Shown here: positions 36,641 to 49,334 of the stretch, piece by piece
Layout: each line of letters starts with the position of its first letter
Position numbering within the stretch: position 1 is the stretch's first letter
Source of the DNA: Gekko japonicus
Lineage: Eukaryota
Assembly: GCF_001447785.1 (NCBI RefSeq)
Contig: NW_015164200.1
Span: forward strand, 497,764-561,763
Direction: 5' to 3'
Length of the DNA stretch: 64,000 nt
Program-made: the position numbers and the translations under genes
The notes under the pieces: model-generated
Database searches by the model: none
Seen by the model: only the letters and a program-made list of their open reading frames with translations
What the model was told of the DNA's origin: nothing

Positions 36641-37667
36641 CCCGCAGATACTTCTGGAACTCACAATGCTAGTGTTCACTTTTCTCACCGCTGCGTAATA
36701 ATAAATGGTTGCTTTCTTAGGAACTGCTCTGCAAGATCAGACCAATGGGCTCCTTGAATTCCAACTGGGTATTTGCAAGCGGGCCCCACAGAGGATATAT
36801 TTCTGCTGTTTTTGTTTGTCCTTAGGATCTGGTATTAAGAGACACAAGCTAGGAACCCACAATGAATTGGAAGGGGAGATAAAGAGTTGTGGAACAGTTG
36901 TCCCCCACTCCCCCATGGAATTTTCCTGTCCAGAATACCATTTGGAGTTTGAAGAGGCCAAACCATTGCAGATGTGGGGAGTTCATGGCAGAGGAGCCAT
37001 CTCTGCTTGCCCCTACGGCATCACAGGGTTATATTTATCATTCTACACTGATTGACTAACAGTTCTCTCAAACTTTGTAACTTTTGGACTTCCTTCAGGA
37101 CTTCTGTTCACTGCAGTCCCTCCTTGTTTAAGCTTAATTGCACAGTTCATTACAGTCATTCTTTGTCTCCCTGCAGTGAGACTAAAAGACAATATTGTAT
37201 TCTAATACTAACTCTGTCTTCTGGGTAGATTGGAACATACTGTACTTAGTTTGTAGAATGCAGATGGATGCTTAAAATGTTTCTTTTATTAGATCCCACT
37301 GTAATTGTTAATAGAAAATTGCAATCCCATTCTTTGAGATGTTGGAAGGGGGGTGGAATTGCATGTCTGATGGCTCTGAAAGTCAGGCAGTACAGCCTCT
37401 TCCCGTAGATAATTACTCAGTATGAAAATCACAAACCAATTTGTTAATCTTTAAGTACTGGGTCTCACATCTCTCCAAGGGTGATTTTCTAGAGTTCGTA
37501 CTTATTTTACTTTGGAGAATATTGGTGTAGTTTCCGTTTTGCATAGAGATGAGCCCCATTGATTTCAAGTATGCCCCTTCCCTAGTAATACAATTGGGGT
37601 TTAAGTCAAGATAATCTTGTGGACTGGAAATTTCAAAGTGACTCCTTAATACTCAATTTTTTAATTC

Positions 37668-37866
37668 ATTTGCCATCAAGTCACAGCTGACTTAATGACA
37701 ACCCCAAGAGTGTTCAAGGCAAAGAGCTGTTTGGAGGCGGTTTACCATTGCCTGCCTCTGTATAGCAACCCTGGGCTTCCTTAGTGGTCTCCCATGCAAG
37801 TACTAACCAGGGATTACACTGCTTAGTTTCCAAGATTGGGCTTACCTGGGCCATCTAGGTCAGGGC
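37668..37866 (-). mobile_element. 5S-derived SINE
   Basis: Reverse complement of the 4938-5150 type. Confidence 0.82.
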
Positions 37867-38492
37867 TCAATGAAATTACCATATTTTGAAAAAGTGGCTT
37901 GGAATTGCTGTGGTTTGATATCTAGTTTTTGGGGTATCTAGTTGAGACCTAAAACTTAAATTCAAGATTATTGGCTATATAAAGCTACCTCGTACCAAGT
38001 CAGAGCATTGATCTTAGCTACTTTAATGGAAACTTGTGTTCATCAGGGCCCTGAGGGATCTTATGCAATTCCACAGGGTGTGTAAGGAGGAGATGTTCCA
38101 CCAGGCTTTTGGTTGAGGACAGCAAAGGTTTCCACTCTAGCTTGCACTCTTTTATGCCCTCCAGATCATTTTGCCCCCCCCTCCTCTGCCCACGAGGTGG
38201 CCGGGCAGTCCAGAATTGGGGGGGAGGGGATTTTTAATTCACCATCTGGAGTTTTAATTTATCTACCAGTATTAGTGTATTTTATTTTTATAGTGATGTT
38301 TTTTATTCACTGTTGTACATTACCCAGAGCCCTGCAGTAGCAGGGAAGGACGGTTCAGAAATCTAAATGACAACAACAACAACAGTAATAATAGTGTCCA
38401 GACCTCTCCTAACACTGAAGATCTTTTAACTAGAGAAGCCAAGGATTGAACCTGGGACCTTCTACTGACATGCGCTCTGCCACTGAACTATG

Positions 38493-38757
38493 TAGGGTTG
38501 CCAAGTCCTACCAGCGGGGGGAGTTCTGGCCCTCTCCTGGAGTTACTTGTTTTCCCTCGAATGATAGAGTGTCCCCCCCCCGCAACGTGCCCGGCACAAT
38601 GATGTCACCTCTGGGTGATGTCATCACGCTGGGCGCGTCTCCGCGATCCCGGCAATTTGGGGGTGGGGTTCCCCCCGACGGCCCAATCTGGGCCAGCGGG
38701 TAACGGGCCCATCGAGTGGGGGTTTCTCTGCCCCCCCTGGGGGACCTGGCAACCCTA
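38493..38757. mobile_element. hAT MITE inserted in a tRNA SINE head (38395-38492)
   Basis: TIR tagggttgcca/tggcaacccta; perfect TSD gaactatg. Confidence 0.92.
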
Positions 38758-38994
38758 GAACTATGTCTCTCCCTAGACTGGAACTCTAAGATGAACTGAT
38801 GAACCAATCTCCCAGTTGCTTGGTGTGAGCAGGAGATTTGACTGGCTATTATGAAACCTGTAGTGAATCCAGATCAGGTCAGCAAGATATTGTCCTTGTC
38901 CTCATCATACTTTCTTGCCCAACTTCCTGGCACTGGTTTTAAAGCAACATGCCAAAATTAAAAAAGCAATATATAATGCTGATCAATAAAGAGA

Positions 38995-39178
38995 GCCACC
39001 AAGTCACAACCAACCTATGGCAACCCTATATTGGGGTTTCCAAGGCAAGAGGTGAGCAGAGGTGGTTGGCCATGGCCTTCCCCTGAGTAGCAGCCCCCTG
39101 TCTTCCTTGGTGGTCTCCCATCCAAGTACCAACAGTGTTCAACCCTGGTTAGCTTCTGAGTTCTTGACAAGATCAAGA
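38995..39178 (-). mobile_element. 5S-derived SINE
   Basis: ggtggtctcccatccaagtacc...ttagcttctgag. Confidence 0.78.
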
Positions 39179-40220
39179 GTTATTAGGGCTGCTACTCAGT
39201 ACAGATAAATTAAGTCCAAAATAGAGTGTCACAAAAATGTCAAAACCACCCAAAAAATAACAGAGCACATTTTCATATTAAAAGAACTTTCACAAAAGGC
39301 AGGAAGCCCTCCTAAGGTAGGTCGTTTTATTAATTGTCTGAAATGGGAAAGGGAGATGTCCTCACTGACCTTCCTTCCAGTGCATGCATTTTGGTTAATT
39401 GCTGGTTTTAACCATTTTTAAGCTATGCATTTTCAAGCTTGTTTTAATGTTTTTGATAGTTTGCTGTCTCAGCAAACCCCAAGCTTGGGTGGAAAGGCAG
39501 CATAAAAATGTGTAAAAGTAAATAAATTAATAACATGGGACTCCTTGAGCAGGGAGTTCCACAGATGTGGCTCAGTTACCAAGAAATCTTTTAGTCTTTC
39601 TTACCACCAAATGATTTTGATGAAGGTTTTACCTTTGAAGTTTTGCAGGGCCTCGCTAAGAAAAACTTCTCTGGATCTAAACCTCCCCAAGAGTTACTAC
39701 CAAAGGTTTCCTTAGCAGTGGTCAAACGCCTACTGGAACCTTCCATAAATTAGCCTCCCCTTTTATTTTACTGGTTATGCTGAATGGGAAATGGCTGCCA
39801 GGCATCCTCCATGCTCCCAGTAACTGGTTGATTAACTGACTTTTCTATGAACCTTTGTGACCTGAAGTTGAAATACAGCCCAGAAAATAATGATAGAGGC
39901 GTTTTTTCAATGGAATGGCAGCTATAAAAATGCCAGTAAACCATCACAGAGGAGTCCAAGTCCAAGTTCAGCCCCCCCCCCAATCCAGCACACAGGTAAA
40001 GAAAGCTTTCTAGCTTATTGCCTGTCATCACTGGTAATGATACATATGGACATTTCTCTCTGCAGGCTCAGCCTGCCCCTGTTGTCACAGTATATGCATT
40101 TGTTGGAAGAAAGCCTTCAAGGCAGAAGAGGAAAAGACAACCATGTCATCCCAAAACACCAGAGGTGGGGGGAGGGACAGTGTGAAACATTCCCCCTTTC
40201 CTGTAAGGATGTTTTTAAAG

Positions 40221-40364
40221 CTCTCCCGCTTATATGAGTTTTGCTAAAGAAGAAATAGAGGACTGGTCCATATTTCCAAATTGCTCTACACTATACTCTC
40301 CCGCTTATATGAGTTTAGCTAAAGAAGAAATAGAGGTCCATATTTCCAAATTGCTCTACACTAT
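40221..40364. repeat. Tandem duplication, 75-bp and ~70-bp units
   Basis: ctctcccgcttatatgagttt...ttgctctacactat occurs twice. Confidence 0.95.
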
Positions 40365-40377
40365 TACACACCCAGCT

Positions 40378-40806
40378 TGACCTGGATAGCCCAGGCCAGC
40401 CTGATCTCATCAGATCTCAGAAGCTAAACAGGGTCAGCCCTGGTTAGTACTTGGATGGAAGACCACTAAGGAAGTCCAGGGTTGCTACACAGAGGCAGAC
40501 AGTAGCAAACCACCCCTGAACTAAGTTTGCCAACCTCTAGGTGGCACATGGAGTTCTCCCAGTATTACACTTGATCTCCAGACTATCAAGACCAGTTCCC
40601 CTGGAGAAAATGGCTGCTTCGGAGGCTGGACTCTATGGCATTATACCCTGCTGGGGTCCCTTCCCTTCCCAAACCCCACTCTCCCAGGCTCCACCCCCCA
40701 AAAAATCTCCAGGTATTTCCCCGCCCAAAGTGTCAACCCTACCTCTCAATGTCTCCTGCCTTGAAAACTCTACAGAGTAGCCATACGTTTGCTGCAACTT
40801 CATGGC
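40378..40806 (+). mobile_element. 5S-derived SINE split by a MITE at 40522-40741
   Basis: 5S head at 40378-40470; body resumes gtctcctgccttgaaaac after the MITE. Confidence 0.82.
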
Positions 40807-41301
40807 AAAACAAAACAAAACTGCACATCCATGTATCCACCACACAGGAGGAGGCTAGTGGGAACCAACCACACTGTATAAGCAAATGAAACTATACAGA
40901 TGGATAGCAAATGCGGTATCAAAGGCAGTGCTTTTTTAGTGGTCAGAGCAGTACTTCTTACCCTTGAAACCTCTGCCATTTACTAAATATGCAATAGTAT
41001 CAATGAAAGATTCCCTCCCTGAGACACAAGTATGTAAACATAAAAACAGCAGTCCAGAGATGAGAAAACTATCCTCCATGAATTTATCTTGTTCCCTCAT
41101 AAGGAAGCATCAAGCCTCCTGAACATGACTGCAAGTTAAGGTGGGGGAGAACACATAAGGCCCTAGGCCCTCAGATGAGAAGTCTGTTGCTCTATCAACT
41201 CAGCAATCCAGATCTTGTGGGACTAGCAGGCTTCTTGGGCAGATCTAGCAGTGCAATTCTTTGGATATTGACCCTATTATTCGCCAAATTAAATTGAAAT
41301 G

Positions 41302-41926
41302 TGTGAAGCTAAGCACCTCCCCCAGCATCCCCTCAAGGGTTAACATGAATGGTGATGGGCCTGTACTGACCTGCAGGTGTTGCTAATTGGGTTGTGTGTG
41401 TGTTTCCTGCAAGCTTCTTAACATCTTCAAGGCCAAAGATGGAAGCCAGTTAATTAACATCTCATGGGAACCTGTAATCTGTGATTGGAGGGGGGATGTA
41501 ATCTTCTAGAGGTTTCTCTTGGAGACCCATTCTGGTTGGATGCCACCATCACCTGAATCGATGGGCCAAAAATTATAACTTGATCTGTGGCCCGGGAAGG
41601 GGGAAGCTAGCTGAGATTTTCGTGGACTATGGGCCAAGACTATGTTCCGCAATTGCTAGAAATGTAGACAATGCTAATCGAGGCCTTCCTAATGAAATTA
41701 AGGTTGATGCCACCTAACACAGCTCTGTAAAATGTTAGGTAGCTGAAGCTAGCTTTGCTATTTTATGTTCTGTATGGTTTCTGAGTAATGTATTGGCAAT
41801 AACTATTTTTCTTTCTTAACATCTTTGAATAAACTTAACATTATTTATTTATTTATAACAACAGCCTGGTTCTTGTGTGCACCTGCCCTGGGAACCCACA
41901 GGGTCTTACCTGGCATTTCTTTGACA
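41302..41926 (+). mobile_element. Solo LTR (625 bp)
   Basis: TG...CA ends, perfect 5-bp TSD aaatg, TATA-like motif near 41573, AATAAA near 41828. Confidence 0.82.
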
Positions 41927-42209
41927 AAATGAGTCATTAACAACTAAATTTCATGGAAGGCCAGTTGGAGAATGCTGTTGTCCCAACTTCTCCTGCCCTG
42001 TTGACAACTCCTGGTCACAGTATACCTTTTCTTTTTTCTTTTGTCCTTGAGTTGGCAATTGGAAGGCCAAGTGGTGTTATGCTTCAGTGGGCCAGGTTTA
42101 CCACAAGAGTCCCAACTGCTGATCCCTAATCTTAAATCCTTACAACTAAGTACAGGTCTATATTTAGTTCTGTTAGCAGAAATAAATGTTTCTGGTTGAA
42201 CACACCTGA

Positions 42210-42635
42210 AACATTCATATACTGGGTCAGACCATTGCTCCTTCAACATCAGTATTGTCTACTGGGCCTGGCAGCAGCTGTTCAGGGTCTCAGGGCAAGG
42301 TATCTCACATAAGCTACTTCCAGATTCCCCTGAGCTAGATGGTCCAGGCGAGCTCAGTCTCATCAGCTCTTAGAAGCTAAGGAGTCAGCCCTGGTTAGTA
42401 CTTGCATGGGAGACCACCAAGGAAGTCCAGGGTTGCTATGCAGACAGTGGCAATGGCAAATCACCTCTGTTTGTCTCTTGCCCTGAAAACTCTGTGGGGT
42501 CGCCATAAATCATCTGTGACTTGACAGCACTTTCCACCACCACTTCCTGATCCTTTTAAATGGAAATGCTTGGGATTGAACCTGGGACCTTCTGCATGCC
42601 ATGCAGCAGATCTACCACTGAGCTATGGCTCTCCT
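42210..42635 (-). mobile_element. tRNA(Ala) SINE with a nested + strand 5S SINE (42328-42543)
   Basis: Tail at 42210-42325 and head at 42545-42635 are separated by a complete 5S SINE. Confidence 0.8.
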
Positions 42636-43153
42636 CAACCTCGGATTTGAATAAATGGATATAAGGTTTGAATAAATTGAGAAGTTATATCCAGGTCACT
42701 TGGTTAGAGGCAATCCCAGAAAGCTTCCAGAATTCTAAGAAATAAAATTTTCTGCCCAGACAGCTGAACTCCAGCTTTTCAAAGGGGAATGAGCTCACTC
42801 CTCTCCTCCCCCATTCCCGTTTTTTGTTAGTATGATAGACTTTGCTTTTGTCAGGCTCAAAGTTTCTAAACTGTGCATTCTGTTCCAAATGATTTCCCGT
42901 TCCAAGTCTCTAACCTGAAATCAATCACACAGAGGAAATACTAGTCGTAATATGCAATTTCTCGTTCTGAAATTGAAAACATAAAACCATGTTAATGATG
43001 ATGCAGTTAATTTAAACATAACATTTTTTTAAGCTGAGAACATTTGTATTCCTGCCAGTGACTGAGAGTGGAGGGAGAAAAAAAACCCTTGACTTTCCTA
43101 GAAAACCCACAAGCAGAATTACTGTAATCTCTTTCTCCCTCTTTGCTATGCAG

Positions 43154-43186
43154 TGAGGTTAGCTTGCAACAAGGCCCTGCAAACAG
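43154..43186 (+). other. Candidate 33-nt alternative AFF2 exon, (S)EVSLQQGPAN(S/R)
   Basis: Long pyrimidine tract + tgcag acceptor and CAG|gtatag donor; phase 2/2 and open in the AFF2 frame. Unverified. Confidence 0.3.
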
Positions 43187-43618
43187 GTATAGATTTATGT
43201 AGATTAATGTGGTGTAGTATGCTGAATTGCTGATATGATGTATATTTTAGAATTACTTCCTAGCACAGGCTAATGGCTGGAATCAAATAAAACATAAAAG
43301 CAGATTTATATAGATTGCTGAATAAATCAGATAAAGCTTTGTGTTAGCTGCCCCTGAAAATTGAAGCTTTTTTTTCTCCCTATAAACAATATAGAAGCTT
43401 TTCATGTAATGCCGTCGTTTCTAATGTAAGCCGTTTCTAATGTAAAGCGTTCTAAGAAGGAGGAGTAGGGGAGGGCAAACAAAGTGAGAATTCTATTAGG
43501 TTTAGCCACCATTAACTATAATATTGTCTGACAAGCTGGTTTTTATTTAATGATCGATGTGATGGCAATAGGTTCTGGAAGTCTGAAGTAGATTCTAAGC
43601 ATCTGGAATACATGGATG

Positions 43619-43795
43619 TAGGGTTACCAACTCTGGGTTGAGAAATTCCTGGAGATATGAGGGTGGAACCCGTGGAGGGTCTGATTTGGAGAAGGGAGGG
43701 ACCTCTGTGGAACATAATGTCATAGAGTCCACCTTCCAAAGCGGCTGTTTTCTCCAGGAGAACTGATCTCTATGGTATGGAGGTTGGCAACCTTA
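43619..43795 (+). mobile_element. TAGGGTTGCCA-family hAT MITE
   Basis: TIRs plus TSD catggatg/catagatg. Confidence 0.85.
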
Positions 43796-44392
43796 CATAG
43801 ATGGTTTCTGAATCAGACACCTCAAAATCTAACAACTGCCCTTGATTTTTGAACTAATACACTGCATTGAGTGTATGTGTGCATGTAGTGTTCTCCAAAG
43901 ATCACTGAACACCAGCAACAGTGGAAAGGTTGTGTTTGGTCTCAGGTGTACTGTGGAACACGGAGCCCAAATCAAGCTTGGGGGAGGATGAGCTTCCATG
44001 GTGGCTACAAAGATATTCTGACCTAGACTGTGGCAACAAACACCTCTTTATTGCCATGAGCCGAAACAATGTATCCACACCACACTTGCAGAGAAAATTC
44101 AACCTCATTTTCCTGTCTTCTTCCCAGACTGGCTCCCTTGCTCTTCTGCGTCCCACCTTGCCACGTTCTCCTCCACCAGATCTACCCAGCTTCTGCACAC
44201 TATTTCTTTTAAGGCCCACTCCAGAAGCTGGACCCACCCAGGCAGCTAGCCCTTCCTACCCCTCTGGCACCACAACTCCCCCCTTGTAGGACTGCCTACA
44301 TCTCACAGTAGAGACTGTGGCAACAGTCCGTTTTTATTTCTTTATATTCTGCCCCACCTATCCACATTGTTCAAGATGGCTTACCATAAATC

Positions 44393-44729
44393 TAGGGTTG
44401 CCATTTGCCTGGTGGGGCCAGCGGGAGAGACCCCCTCCCCAAAAAAAATAGCAACATTGCACATGATGTGCCTACATCTCCTGGAAGTGACATCGGCATG
44501 TCATTGATGTTGGGGGGTGATGCTCTGGATTTTGGGCAAACCCCTATTGTTTGATGCTGTTTTTACCATAGAGTTTTGCCCAAAATCCAGAGTGTTCCCC
44601 TGATGTCGTCAACATGTCACATGTGATGTCACTGTTTTGGGGAAAATGGGGGGCAATGTCACTTCCCACTCCTGGAATGTCCCTTCCCCCATCTCCCCAC
44701 CAGCAGGCAAAAGGGACCCGGCAACCCTA
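44393..44729. mobile_element. hAT MITE
   Basis: tagggttgcc/ggcaacccta; TSD cataaatc/cataaatt. Confidence 0.85.
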
Positions 44730-44745
44730 CATAAATTCTAGATAA

Positions 44746-45024
44746 GAGAGCCAGTTTGGTGTAGTGGTTAAGTGTGATGACTCTAAACTGGGAGATTCCC
44801 CACTCCTCCACTTGTACCTGACTGGATGACCTTGGGCAAGCCATAGTTCTGACAAGAGCTGTCCTTGAAAAAGAGCAGTTTCTGTCAGAGCTCTCTCAGC
44901 CCCACCTACCTCACAGGGATCTGTTGTGGGGAGGGGAAGGGAAAGGAGTTTGTAAGCCGCTCTGAGACTCCTTTGGGTAGTGAAGGGCGGGGTATAAATC
45001 CAATCTCTTCTCTTCTTCTTCTTC
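44746..45024 (+). mobile_element. Full-length Squam3-like tRNA SINE
   Basis: A box tggtgtagtggtt, MIR-like core, L2-like tail gggcggggtataaat, (TCT)n. Confidence 0.9.
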
Positions 45025-45317
45025 TAAAACTACCTAGCAACCAAGGGACAAATAACACAGAAACAACAAGAAATCCGCAGCAGCAAAACAATGCTACCAC
45101 CCTCTCAAATCCAGTAGCATCAGTTCATGACCTTTAGAAGCCATAGTCCCAAAACTTGCCTTACATCCAGGATAACCATGGATGCCTTTCCATAGATGCA
45201 TGCATAAGTAGACAATGATCTGCAGGTCAGGATTCAGAGTTATTGATCATAATCCAACACAGATTTAGTCATGGTCAAGACCAGTGAAATCAACAGGTTT
45301 AAGCAAAAATTAGAAAA

Positions 45318-46690
45318 ATGTGTAATCTTTCCTTAAAATCTGCCTCCATTCCTGAGCACTGGAAGGTAGCTAATGTCACTCCCATCTTTAAAAAGGGTTC
45401 CAGAGGAGAGCCGGGAAATTACAGGCCAGTCAGTCTGACATCGATACTGAGTAAATTGGTGGAAACCATTATTAAGGAAAGAATTAGTAGGCACATAGAT
45501 GAACAAAACCTATTGAGGCAGACTCAGCATGGGTTCTGTAAGGGAAGATCTTGTCTCACTAACCTGTTAGTGTTCTTTGAGGGGGTGAACAAACATGTGG
45601 ACAAGGGGGACCCAATAGATATTGTTTACCTTGACTTCCAGAAAGCTTTTGATAAAGTTCCTCATCAAAGGCTCCTACGTAAGCTCAAAAATCATGGGAT
45701 AAAAGGACAAGTCCTTTTGTGGATCAAAAACTGGCTAATTAATAGAAAACTTAGAATGAGTATAAATGGGCAATTTTCTCAGTGGAGGGTGGTAAGCAGT
45801 GGGGTACCGCAGGGATCAGTACTTGATCCAATGCTTTTTAACTTGTTCATTAATTATTTGGAATTGGGAGTAAGCAGTGAAGTGGCTAAATTTGCAGATG
45901 ATACAAAGTTGTTCAGGGTGGTGAAAACCAGGGAGGATTGTGAAAGGCCAATGCTATGCTGGGGATTATTAGGAAGGGTATTGTAAACAGATCAGCCAAT
46001 ATCATAATGCCCCTGTATAAATCAATGGTGCAACGTCATTTGGAATACTTTGTGCAGTTCTGGTCAACACACCTTGAAAAGGATATTATAGCTTTGGAAA
46101 AAATGCAGAAAAGGGCAATTTGAATGATAAAAGGGTTGGAACACTTTCCCTATGAGGAAAGGTTAAAACGGTTAGGGCTCTTTTAGCTTGGAGAAACGAC
46201 GACTGAGGGGTGACATGATTGAGGTTTATAAGATTATGCATGGGATAGAGCAGGTAGAGAAAGAGGTACTTTTCTCCCTTTCCCACAATACAAGAACTCG
46301 TGGGCACTCAATGAAATTGCTGAGCGGTCAGGTTAGAACGGATAAAAGGAAGTACTTCTTCACCCAAAGAGTGATTAACACATGGAATTCACTGCCACAG
46401 GAAGTGGTGGCGGCTACAAGTATGGACAGCTTCAAAAGGGAATTAGATAAGCATATGGAGCAGAGGTCCATCAGTGGCTATTAGCTACAAGGTATAGATT
46501 GGGGCAAGTGATGCTCTGTCTTCTTGGTGCTTGGGGTGGTCAACAGTGGGAGGGCTTCTAATGTCCTGGCCCCACTGGTGGACCTCCTGATGGCACTGGT
46601 ATTTCTGGCCACTGTGTGACATAGAGTGTTGGACTGGATGGGCCTTTGGCCTGATCCAACATTGGCATCTCTTATGTTCTTATGTTCTTA
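45318..46690 (+). mobile_element. 5'-truncated CR1 LINE (RT domain, 3' UTR)
   Basis: ORF 45318-45986 has NYRPVSLTS, YLDFQKAFD, GVPQGSVL, KFADD; ORF 46188-46484 has RRLRGDMIEVYK; (TTCTTATG)n tail. Confidence 0.96.
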
Positions 46691-46939
46691 AGCCAAATGC
46701 TTTGTTGGATTTGTGTCTGAATCGGACCCAAAGCCATCTCCCCAATACTTGTGGCTGAAGTCCTTCCCCCTGTATATGAGGCTTTGCTTCTTGTGGCTTC
46801 CAGCTGCAGCCCTTCATTCCATGTTGGATGGTGCACTCTATACCTTCATCAGTGGCTTTCTGTGGGGTGGAGTCCAGCTGGTATCTATGGTAGTGGAAGC
46901 CTCTGCATTCATGAAAGGGGCCAAATAATATTGTAACAT

Positions 46940-47110
46940 TGTTCTCCCCTCATTTTTTTTATCCTTCCAACAACCTTGTGAGATGGGTTAGGCTGAGACA
47001 GAGAGAGCGACCGGTCTAAGGTCACCCAGCAAGCTCCCATGACAGAGGAGAGCTTCAAACACAGGTCTCCCAAATCCTGACATTTTAAGTACTACAGCAC
47101 ACTGGCTCTC
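46940..47110 (-). mobile_element. MIR-like/Squam3-type SINE
   Basis: caacaaccttgtgagatgggttaggctgag...aaggtcacccagcaag. Confidence 0.75.
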
Positions 47111-47284
47111 AACCCCTTTGGATCTATGTCTCTATGTTTAAATCTGTCTAGAAAACAACTGCAAGGAATGGCTACTGGTTTCAAGCCATGTTTGCCACCT
47201 TGAGGTAGTTGATAAGCCAGTGTGGTAATCTGGGTAGTAGACTAAATGAACCCTTGTATGACCCTGCAGTCTTACACTGTTCTT

Positions 47285-47513
47285 AGGGCACGATCATATG
47301 CACAATTAGAACCACCCCCCCAAAAAAAATTAGGTGGCCAAAAAAAAACAACCCTGACTCACCTGCGGTTGCATCAGATCACACAGTGGCAGGCTGTGCC
47401 CGCAGCTTCCAACGACTGTGTGATTGCACAACTGCGGGTCAAATTCCTCTGGAGGAAATAACCTTGCTTCCCCCCTCCCCCCTTTTTTTTCTGGACTGTG
47501 TGACCGTGACCCT
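47285..47513. mobile_element. Harbinger-like MITE, short derivative of the 15889-16412 family
   Basis: Shared inverted core and related termini. Confidence 0.65.
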
Positions 47514-47799
47514 AGAGTTGGATCCAGTCAGCTTTTTTGCTCAGACGTGCCGGATTTTCCTGCTTACTGCAGCCCCCATCCCTCATGGCTTTGCTCCATC
47601 CAGGTCTCATGATCCCCATCCATTTGGGGTGTTCAAAGGGCTTCCTTTCTGCCTTTTGCACTAGACAAAAAGCTGATTGGATCCAACCCTTAATTCTGAT
47701 TACTTCAGAGGAAATAAGTTTGTATTCTCAAACCTACATGCATAAAAGTTTTGGTGAGGTTTATTTCTAGGTAAAAATGTTTATGATGAGGTCAGAACT

Positions 47800-48860
47800 C
47801 TGCTTAAATCAAAATAATTTGTCAGCTAAATGCTCAGTAGGGTTAATTTAGTTAGATTTCTTCCCATTTATTAATAAACAGAAAATCCACATTGAAGCTT
47901 CCCCCCTTCCTTTTAAGGAACAGGTCCCTAAATTAGTATTTAAATCCACACTGCCTTGTCTGCAAAGCTCATTGAGATTTGTAGTGAGATTTTATGCCTA
48001 GTCAAGTGTAATTTGGAGGGTTTTAATTGTCCACAAGGGAAGATATACGGATTCTTAATTTATCAATACCTTTTCATGTCGGCACGTATAGAAAATGAGG
48101 AATGAGTATCACAACGAAAGGTTTAATTTACTCGTGACTTACGGCTTCCACTAGGAGTTGTCATAGATCAATTGTGGAACAATTATGAGGTGAATAAATA
48201 AAAGAAGTGAAACCAAATCTTTGCTTTGGGGATGATAAGCTTTTAAAAAAATGGAAATGGGGAAAAAACTAAAGTGGCTTTTTCATTGCCACATTAAAAA
48301 CTATCCACTAATAAGACAGGGCTGTATTTTGTAGTGATGCAATGTGGATTGCATTATGCGCCTTCTTAGATTCTCCCAGAATATCTACCAAGCCTGTCTT
48401 AACGGCCATCTTGTTTCTATGCAGTATTTCATCCTTGCGGCTTTGTGGAGGAACTTTATGCCAAGAGAACTCACAGGAGACTGAGTGACAGATCAGACTG
48501 TTGTCCCACATTCCCTTTCTACTAAATCACAGTTTTCTATGGATGGAAGGTAGCTATTGTGAAGCTGTCAAACTGAGGGAAGTTAAATGGGTTGAAGTGA
48601 AGGCTCGTGTTAACAATAGCAGCTATCTCTGTCAAATGAGCGCTCCGGTGACAGTTACAAGGCAATTCAGCCCTGATGGGTGGTCGATTAAAAACAACAA
48701 AAAGCAAGAGAAATCAAAGGGGGGAAGCCCCTATTTATGATAGCCCCAAGGGGGTGGGGACGACCAGATTCTCTCTTCAAAACCAATGTGGTTTGAGGAA
48801 CCTTGAAGAAAGAGCAACTACATTTGGCCTAGTCAATAGGACATGATTTATTTACGTCAG
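47800..48860. promoter_or_regulatory. Candidate conserved enhancer (MEIS/TGIF + SOX cluster)
   Basis: Repeat-free 1 kb; four TGACAG/CTGTCA sites in 48486-48654 and two SOX-like sites. Confidence 0.45.
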
Positions 48861-49334
48861 GAAATGGGACTTGGGTTTTTATTTATTAATCTGCTTTTCG
48901 TATGAAAAAGTACAGCATAACATAACAGGCACAGTGTTCAAGGAACACAGAGATTTCAGTGTGGTAGTACTATTCAAAAGACTTCTAAGAAAATTATGTA
49001 GATTCTGAATGGTTGAATCTGGTTTTATTTTAGGACTTGATCACTGTCATAAATGAAATGAGGGGACTGAAAATTAGACTCAGACATTTTGGAAGAGGGG
49101 TTAGCTTCATCAGCAGCTGTGTTTGCTTGCCAGGCATTCACATCCTGCCTGAGTCTCTTAGAGGAGGGGGCAACATGCACTTTTGAATCCATGTCGTTAC
49201 TTCACACTAGGGATCTTTCAGGGAGCCTGCTGTCCAAATAACAAATTTCAGAAGGGTAGCAGCATAATCAAATCTCACCCCACAGCAGAACCTCCAGTAT
49301 ATAATATGGGGGGGGGGTGCAAGCAAATAGTGTC

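Noticed and set aside
42570-42630. tRNA-Ala gene
   Set aside because: It is the head of a repeated SINE; the acceptor stem is not intact.
48424-48490. Possible poison exon after ttgtttctatgcag
   Set aside because: Acceptor-like site without a convincing donor; the block is better explained as an enhancer.
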